From assembly GCF_018350175.1 (NCBI RefSeq), contig NC_058373.1, forward strand, positions 102,674,001 to 102,738,000: a stretch of DNA of 64,000 nt, read 5' to 3'. Below, piece by piece: positions 52,801-61,800 of the stretch. How positions within the stretch are numbered: position 1 is the first letter of the stretch; every line of letters begins with the position of its first letter. The stretch comes from Felis catus. Lineage: Eukaryota. Below the pieces are notes generated by a model that was given only the letters and a program-made list of their open reading frames with translations, did not search any database and was not told the DNA's origin. A program made the translations under genes and the position numbers.

Positions 52801-55800
52801 ATATGAAGTTCTGTATGGATATGGATAAGCATGTAGATGATGCTGAAGGTTATAGTCATCATTGAACTCTTGTGCTGTACCTCAAAATAGGAATTTTACC
52901 TATTATTATACCTATGAGATTTACCAGTAAAGATACCATCCTGTCTTTTGATAGCCAGTTGGCTGAAGAAGTAAAAATGGATAGCTAAATGGATCAGATC
53001 TATACATAATAGTAGTTATAGTTATCTATCCGCATTCAGTTTCTGTAAATGCTGCATATTGGAGGATAGAATGGCTGTGGCTGATAATATCTTTGCAGAA
53101 GTCTGGGCATATCTGCTTGTTTTAGTAATGTAGGAGATGATTTGTTGGAATAGGTGGTTTTATGACAGGACTAAAGATAGAGGATGCTTTGTTTTTTTTA
53201 ATTTGAAGGTTTGTGATTGTGCTGACTTACCCTTTTTTCAGGTTCAACTACAAGAAGCTGAGAGAAGGTGGGAAGAAGTCCAGAGTTATATCAGGAAGAG
53301 AACGGCAGAGCATGAGGCAGCACAACAAGGTAAGGTGAAAAGTATTCATGTAAATTTAGTATATAGTCCTGCTTAAAATCTTCTTCCCTCTGTATCTGAA
53401 GAAAGAATAATCTGACCTTTTTTGTTTAGGCCAATAAAAATAGCTTTTATACTTTCAGAGTACCTTTATTTCTTTAAGAGTTCTTAGAGTTTTAAAATAA
53501 ACTCAACTAGCTTTATCTGGAAACATTGAGTTGCAGATAAAATTATAGTTTCTAAGGTAATAGTAACCTAGCTGTGTGTTTCCTATCTGAATTTATTCCC
53601 TTTGGTTCCTTGATTACTTCTTTATTTTTCCTTTGTAAGGGAGGACTCACTTCCTGTATGGTGGGGGGAAAAAAAGCATTACCATTCCGAATAATTGACT
53701 TAAAACAGTCTACTTAAATGTTAACTTTCATTACTTATTTTTTTTTTTTTAAGTTTATTTATTCTGAGGAGAGAGAGAAAGAGAAAGCAGGGGAGGGGGC
53801 AGAGAGAGAGGAAGGGAATCCCAAGCAGGCTCTGTGATGGCTGCACAGAGCCCGACGCCGGGCCCCGTCTCACAAGACGGGAGATCATGACCTGAGCCAA
53901 AATCAAGAGTCAGACGCCTAACTGACTGCGCCACCTATGTGCCCCTCATTACTTATTCTTAATTTGATGAATCCATCTGGGAGGTAATGGAGCTTGTATT
54001 ATATGTATTATTTGTCTCTATTACTCCTTTTCTCCCACAAAAGAGGCAGTGAGCTAGTTAAATACAGTTCTAAGCAATAGGGTAGGTCATACGGACTTTT
54101 GGCTTTTTAGACCTTTGGTTTCCTCTGATTCCATACACCTGGCACCCCTCCACCTCCCTATTTCCCTTTGGCTCAAAATAAATATACCCAAGCTATTTAG
54201 AGGCCTTTTTCTTTATATATAAAATTTATGTTTATGTTAAGATACATTAGCTTACTTTTATTTATTTTTATTTTTTTAATATAATTTATTGTCAAATTGG
54301 TTTCCTTACAACACCCAGTGCTCATTCCAACAAGTGCCCTCCTCAGTGCCCATCACCCACTTTCCCCTCTCCCCCACTCCCCATCAACCCTCTGTTTGTT
54401 CTCTGTGTTTAAGAGTCTCTTATGGTTTGCCTCCCTCCCTCTCTGTAACTTTTTTTTCCCCTTCCCCTCCCCCATGGTTTTAAGTTTCTCAAGATCCACA
54501 TATGAGTGAAAACATATGTTATCTTTCTCTGACTGGCTTATTTCACTCAGCAGAATACCCTCCAGTTCCATCCACATTGCTGCAAATGGCAGGATTTCAT
54601 TCTTTCTCATTGCCAAGTAGTAGTATTCCATTGTGTGCATAAACCACATCTTCTTTATCCATTCATCAGTTGAAGGACGTTTAGGCTCTTTCCATAATTT
54701 GGCTATTGTTGAAAGCGCTGATATAAACATTGGGGTACATGTGCCCCTATGCATCAACACTTTTGTACCCCTTGGGTAAATTCCTAGCAGTATTAGCTTA
54801 CTCTTACAATTACATTTCGTCAGTGAAGCACACATGAATTTTGATAAGAATTGTAGCTGTAAACTATGTATCTCTCTATAAACTATGTATGTCACTGTAA
54901 ACAGTAAAGCTTCACTCTGACAAGAAGCAGTCACTTTTGCTTTTAGTATTTTCTGTCACTTTTGCTTTTAGTATTTTCTGTCACTTTTGCTTTTAGTATT
55001 TTCTGTCACTTTTGCTTTTAGTATTTTCTGTCATATTTCTAAATAAGCATATTATTTGTACTTACACTGTTACCTTTTAATAGGCATCTGTTGACTTTGT
55101 ATTACAGGAAATGAGGACTTAACACTCCCACACCATTCCTCCCACCTTCCCAACATTCTACCAGTAATGGCTATGCATTCTTTTTGATTATATCAGCATT
55201 CACTGTTTGCATCATTAGGACTTTGTGACTCAATCCTGAGCCAAGATAAACATTAAAACTGCAATTCTTCTCATAAACAATATTAATTTCCTAGAGCTTA
55301 TTATTGCTTCATGTTTTTAACTTGTTTGATCCTCATTTTCTTATTTAAAATTTTACCTGTGGTTATACTCCTCTTACCATCTTCCCTCCTCCACCTTCAC
55401 AACATATGAAGTACTGGAGAATCTTTTCAGTTTTTTGGGGGATATCCCTCTGGAGTCCTCTATCTTCCCGTTCCAGTACTTGTTGTTTTCTAGGTTGGCT
55501 CCATGACTGTCTTCCTGAGACTGCCTATTGTTTGAATACTCTGTCACCGCCATCTTTCTTGCTTTCCTCCCTCGTTTAATAGCATATCTTTTAGTAGCAT
55601 AAGAGTATGCCTTTAAGTACATTTGTTGAGGCTTTGCATATCTGAAAATGTTTTTATTCTTTCTACCTTCATGCTTGATTGGTAGTTTGGATGTAGAGTT
55701 CTAGGTTATAAATAATTTCCCCCCACAGAAATGTGAAGGCATTCAGTGTTTTAACTTTTACTATTGCTGGTAAAGAAATATTGTACTCTTTCGAGTTCTA

Positions 55801-58800
55801 ATCCTGGATATGACCATTATATGTTTAATTATCAAGAGTTCTTTTTTGAGTTGTGTTTCATTCTGTTACTAGTGTCTTGTTAGGGCATTAATAGATTTTC
55901 TTAAAATGTGATGTGTGTGTGTGCGTGCGCGCGCGCACACACACATACTCTTTTTCTATATGCCTCCCTTCCTTGATGGTAGTGGTGGTGAACTTGTTTA
56001 TGTTATGGGGCCAAAGGCAGCTCTCATGATACCTGGTCTCTCCATTTCCTGAGCCTTTCCAGATTTCTGGAACACTTTCCCCTTCCAAGTTAGTGATCAT
56101 CTCTCCATTTTATCTTAATTTCTGTGATTTGGAGTTACATTCATACTCTGATTGCATCAAAGATAGTTTGTGCTTGTTGCTTATTTTCTTTGTTGTTTTG
56201 GGGTCATTGCTAAGAAGAGAAGTAGACAGACAAGTTTTACTTTATTCTATACCAGCGCATTTGTTAACCATCAGCATCTTTCTCTGTTTTCCAGGTAGGA
56301 GAGTACGGGGAATTTATAAGAAATACGCTAGATAACTTCCTAAGTGTCTTTGGGGGAAATGAATGCTTTCAAGAAATGATACAACAGTTTTAAACATTCA
56401 CGTACCATTCGGTTAACACATTTATTGAGTATGTACTATGCGTAAGCCTTGGACACTGCTCTGGGTATAGAAAAAAGGCAATCTCTGATCTCAAAAAGCT
56501 CACTTCCTGGGTGAGGAGAAGAGTTAGTACAGAGTGGCAGGTTCTGTGATTAGGTAAACCAAGGCTGCTCAGGGGAGCTATGTGCAGGAGGGGAAGAAGA
56601 GGAAAGATTCAAGGTGTGTTCTCTAGAGGAGATAATGCCTGCGCTAAAGATGAGTAGTAGTACCAAGCAAAGGGAAGAGACCTTTGTAAAATGCAATGTT
56701 CTGTTACAGATTTACAGAGTAAATTTGTGGCCAAAGAAAATGAAGTACAGAGTCTTCATAGTAAGCTTACAGATACCTTGGTATCAAAACAACAGTTGGA
56801 GCAAAGACTAATGCAGTTAATGGAATCGGAGCAAAAAAGGGTGACCAAAGAAGAATCTTTACAGATGCAAGTTCAGGTATCTGATTTTCCCTTGCTTTTA
56901 TTTTATTTAATTTTTTTAAACGTTTATTTTTGAGAGAGAGCACAAGTACGGGAGAGAGAAAGGAAGACAGAAGATCTGAAGCAGGCTCTATGCTGAGAGC
57001 AGCAAGCCAGATACGGGGCTCGAACTCACAAACTGTGAGATCATGACCTGAGCCAAACCCAGATGCTCAACTGACTGAGCTATCCAGGTGCCCCTAATTT
57101 TCCCTCTTTTTAAAAAATAAAGGTGGGCAGTGGCTGGATGTGTCTCTGTAGAAGAGAAAAGTTGGTCTACTTTATCCTAATTCTGGAGTGCTGATGAGTA
57201 ATTATAGCTTAATCTTTAAGCAGTTGTCACGATATGGTGTGTTTGTGTGCTTAAAGATGTCCTCTTTAAGCACAGTTTTAAATTCTTTGTGTTAGATTAC
57301 GAACAGCACAACTTATTATTAATTTATACCTTATAAATCAACTCTCAAAATAGATGCCTAGTGATTGTTGTTTAAATTATGCCTTTTGGAATCTAAGAAT
57401 GCCTTTTTAAAGATAAGCAGAAGTTTATACCTTATTTTGTTCATATATGTTGGTGTATTTGTTAACAGCACACTTTTCTCTCTCCTTTTTGGTTACTATT
57501 TATGAAAGGATATTTTGGAGCAGAACGAGGCTTTGAAAGCTCAAATTCAACAATTCCATTCCCAGATAGCAGCGCAGGTAATCGTGCTTTTTTAAATGTT
57601 GTTTATCATTACTAACAGCTGCTGCTTTTTGTTTGTTTGTTTCCTTACTGATAGCTTCCTAGCCATTTAAATAGTCATCTGAATGCCTGTTGAGTGCCAA
57701 GCACAGGATTAGTAGGTGGGAGACTAGTCAGTCAACAGTGATGATCCTGATTGCTCAGCACTCTGATAATTATGTATAGTGCTATGGGAAAACACCAAGA
57801 AAGAAATCCAAATCCAACTAATGGAGAGTTTTTACCATAGGAGGAAAAAATATTGATAATCTTGACACAAAACAGAAGAAATTGGCCAAATGGTGTTAAG
57901 AATAGTGGTTTATGTATTAAAAATGCTTGCTGAATATTAACTAGCCATAAGGGAAAACTTTATATACCCTCAGAGGGTAGCAGTATGTTAATATAATATA
58001 TATTAATCTCAGGTTATATATGCAAAAATTCACTTTAAAACTTATACTTCTGTTTAGTAAGTGGGAATACCTTCCAGAGTTTTGCAAGTTGTGTTGTTAG
58101 ACCTGTTACTCTTTGGCAACATTGCTGTGCCACATAGATATATTCTAAAGCATATATCTCTATAATACAACATTAAGAAAAAGAAAAAAAGCTTCTAAGT
58201 ACTTACTTCTCAGTACTTACTATATACATACTATGAATTTCGGTTTCAATTCCTCAACTTTAAAATTCAAAAAATTGTAGAGAAAGTATTAGCTTAGAAT
58301 AGAAGTCACTTTTCTGTGTTAAAAAGCAGTTTTAATGTTAACAATTTGTTTTTAAGGTTTATGCAAAGTCAAACTCCCAAACTTTTGGGACCTTTTTGTT
58401 TTTTTTCTAGTTGCTTTCTTTGTAGAAACTATCATCTAAAATGAATTGGGTAAGAATTATTTACTATAGGAAAGGGTGTCTATATATATGAAATATACAT
58501 GTATATATAAATTATCAACTCAGAGTGGATTGAAATCTTGTTATTAGCTGAGAGGTAGCTCTAGAAAATTTATCAGGAATTAAATATTTAGAGACTGCTA
58601 CCAGTATGTTTTTGAAAAGTGAAGATGAGCATGTGTATTACCAAATGACTCGGTTGTTACCTTAATCATGAACTGTATCATTTCATTATTGGAAATAGTT
58701 ACTAAGATAAGATGAAAAATGGCCTTTCTGGATATTTTTCCTATGTATTTGTTACTTGTCAGTTACACAGTTCCCAGGCCTGGCAGTTTGTTTTATTTGA

Positions 58801-61800
58801 ACTGTTCTGTGCTATCTAATTCCTTAATACTGTTTGTTAGTGATCAAAGTTGCTTTCAGAATAATAGCTACTATTTATTGAACATTCATGGTGGGCCAGA
58901 TACTCCTCTAACAACTTGATGTACATTAATTTCTTTTAATTTTTGAAGCTCTATTTGATTATTGTACAACTTTTAAACTTTCTTTTAAATGCTTTTATGT
59001 TGACACTGTTCTTCTTTCTTAGACCTCTGCTTCAGTTCTGGCAGAAGAATTACATAAAGTGTAAGCCTGCCTTTCTACACTTCTCTTATAATTACTTAGT
59101 TACCACTAACTGACACCTGTTTTATCAACACTTAGGATTTACTTTATGTTCTAACTTGTTCCGAAAATACTCCCAACTAGATTTGGAGCGACTTTGCTCT
59201 CCTCCTTCCATCAGTGAGTTGAGTTCCTAAACATTGCACATTTTGTGTTTTATGTCCTTATTGTAAAAGAGTTAAGGAACCTTTCTTTTATTTGGACTTT
59301 AGCAGTTATGTAAGAGAGAATTGTGATTTGAGATTAATGGCAGTAAATTACTTTTGTGTCTAATAAGTAGTTGTACCCACTCTGTATCTTAACTATATGG
59401 TGGTATACCCAAAACAAGGTTCTGTTTTTAGTGTATTGTTTAATTTGCTTAGACATGAATTGCTCGAGTTCAGAAGACCTGAAATCTGGCTTTGGCCTTG
59501 CCAGGTTTGTAAGCTTAAACAAATTACTTCTTTTCACCTCAAGTTTTAAAATAGGGGTATGTATTTTAGGGAGTTGTAGTAATACATATGATAGTTATTA
59601 CTAAACTGGAAGGAGCTATAGAAATGGAGGGTATGGCTACATGAGAAACGATTTAAATAAGCATGACAACATTTAAGGCTTTTAATCCCTTGAGCTGTGA
59701 CTTGACTTGTAAACGTTTATTAAATGTACAAATGTATTTCCTGTTAAAGGATTGCTGAAAAGGATAAGCAGATAAAACAGACCGAAGATTCTTTAGCAAA
59801 TGAACATGATCATTTAACAAGTAAAGAGGAAGAACTTAAGGTACAGTAATTCTTACAAATGCCTATTTTATAGGCATTGAATTTGTGATGGTAATCAGTA
59901 TGAATGTCTATCAAGAATGGAAAATACCCTGCATTCATTTTAAAAGTGTCTGTCTTTTCTACAAAATCCTCTTTAGCCTTCTAAGAAAAGTTGAGAAGAT
60001 TTTTCTCATATGCTATAATTCACGGTAATTTGGGAAACATGCTACGTAACAGGATATGGTTTCTCTTTCTGTTTTAAGAAATTGTAATTTGAGACCTTTG
60101 CTTAGGTAGAAGAGATGCTTTACAAACTTTAGGGTAAATTATATTAAATATTTTTTAATATTTTTCCTTCTTGTAGGATACACAAAATATGAATTTCTTA
60201 TTAAAAGCTGAAGTGCAAAAGTTACAGGCGCTGGCAAATGAACAGGTAGGTAAATCTTCATTGCTGTTGAACATTCACCTCAGAATTTCACTTAGTCTAT
60301 ACTTACTTGCATTGGTATTGCAAGTCCTAATTTCATATACATAGTAAATATAATGGTTACTTGTGTTCACCTAATGTTTATTGTTGAAAGCCTCTTCTAT
60401 TTGACCATGACTCTCACAACCCACCTAGATATTGCTGTTTTCATGTTGAAACTAATGTTCGATCGAATGAGTTGACCACTTTTAGGGTCTCCAAGGAATC
60501 CATTACAACATTCTTAATGTGCTGATTTGTTTTAGCCTTCTGCCATTGAATCAAAAAACTGTATACCTTTATTAGGGTAAAATTTGATCAGTGAGAAGTA
60601 TAGAATATTGGGACAGCAAAAAGTATTACAGAAATCTGTAGGATATTGCTTTAACTTTTATTTACTCCCAGATACATGAAAATGTAGCTTTTCAGTATAT
60701 AAAACTAAGTGAACAAATAGTTTTCAGTGTTTCTTGAGAAATAATGCAGTTCTCATTTCAAACACAGGCTGCTGCTGCACGTGAACTGGAGAAGATGCAG
60801 AAAAGGTGATTGAAGTATTGCTGTATATGGAGCCATCCTGCATTTATGTTCAATTGCAGAAATTACTGCTACTCATAACTGATAGTTGTGCATGTAATTT
60901 GTGTAAACTTAATGAATGTATGAAGTATTTCAATTGATTTTCTTTCTCGTAGTATTCATGTTAAGGATGATCAAATAAGATTGCTTGAAGAACAGCTGCA
61001 ATGTGAAATTTCAAACAAAATGGAAGAATTTAAGGTGTGTGATTAAGCTTGTCAACTGAGCTTAGAACGACCTTATACAATTTCAGTTGAAGTGAATCTA
61101 GAAATACTAGTTTGTTTTTTTTTTTTTTTTTTTAATTAAGAGAGCATGCTAGTGGGCATGAGCGGGGGGGGAGGGGCAGAGGGCTGGAGAGAGAGAGAAT
61201 CCAAGGTAGGCTTTGTGCTCTGCATCGCTGAGCCAAAATCAACCCACTGAGCCACCTGGGTGTCCCCTAGAAATACTAGTTTTTATATGAAATCAGTCTG
61301 ATGCAGTGTGACTATAGTTTATTTGGGGGCTTTTACAACCAGTGCATTTTATCATGTACTTCTTGTCTAGACTATCTATCTGTTCCTTTTTTTGTTTGTT
61401 TTTTAATGTTTTTTTTTTTTTTTTTGAGAGAGAGCACAAACGGGGGGGGGGGGTGGTGGAAGGGGTAGTGAGAGAGAGGGAGACACAGAATCTGCAGCAG
61501 GCTCCAGGCTGTGAGCTGTCAGCACAGAGCCTGACGCAGAGCTCGAACTCAGGAAGGGCAAGATCATGACCTGAGCCACCCAGGTGCCCCATAGACTATC
61601 TTATCTGTTCTTATAATAGACGTTTGAAACTCGTTTTGCCTCAGTGTTTGCAGTTTTTAGTTTGTGATGGTTTTAACTGCCTCCATTGTGCTAGTTTCTG
61701 GTCATGGCTGCTCAGCTTGAGGATTGTAAAGCATTCTTATCACCAGGGTGCATCTCTTCATGTGCACGAGATTTGCATTCTTCTATTTTTTTTAGATTTT

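Noticed and set aside
52975..53035. Possible pre-miRNA hairpin (tggatagcta...tagttatcta)
   Set aside because: Stem is short and imperfect with a large loop.
54353..54934. 193-aa minus-strand ORF
   Set aside because: Chance fusion of flank, L1 ORF2 end and L1 3'UTR.
54930..55033. CRISPR-like repeat array
   Set aside because: No spacers, head-to-tail units, mammalian intron, no cas genes.
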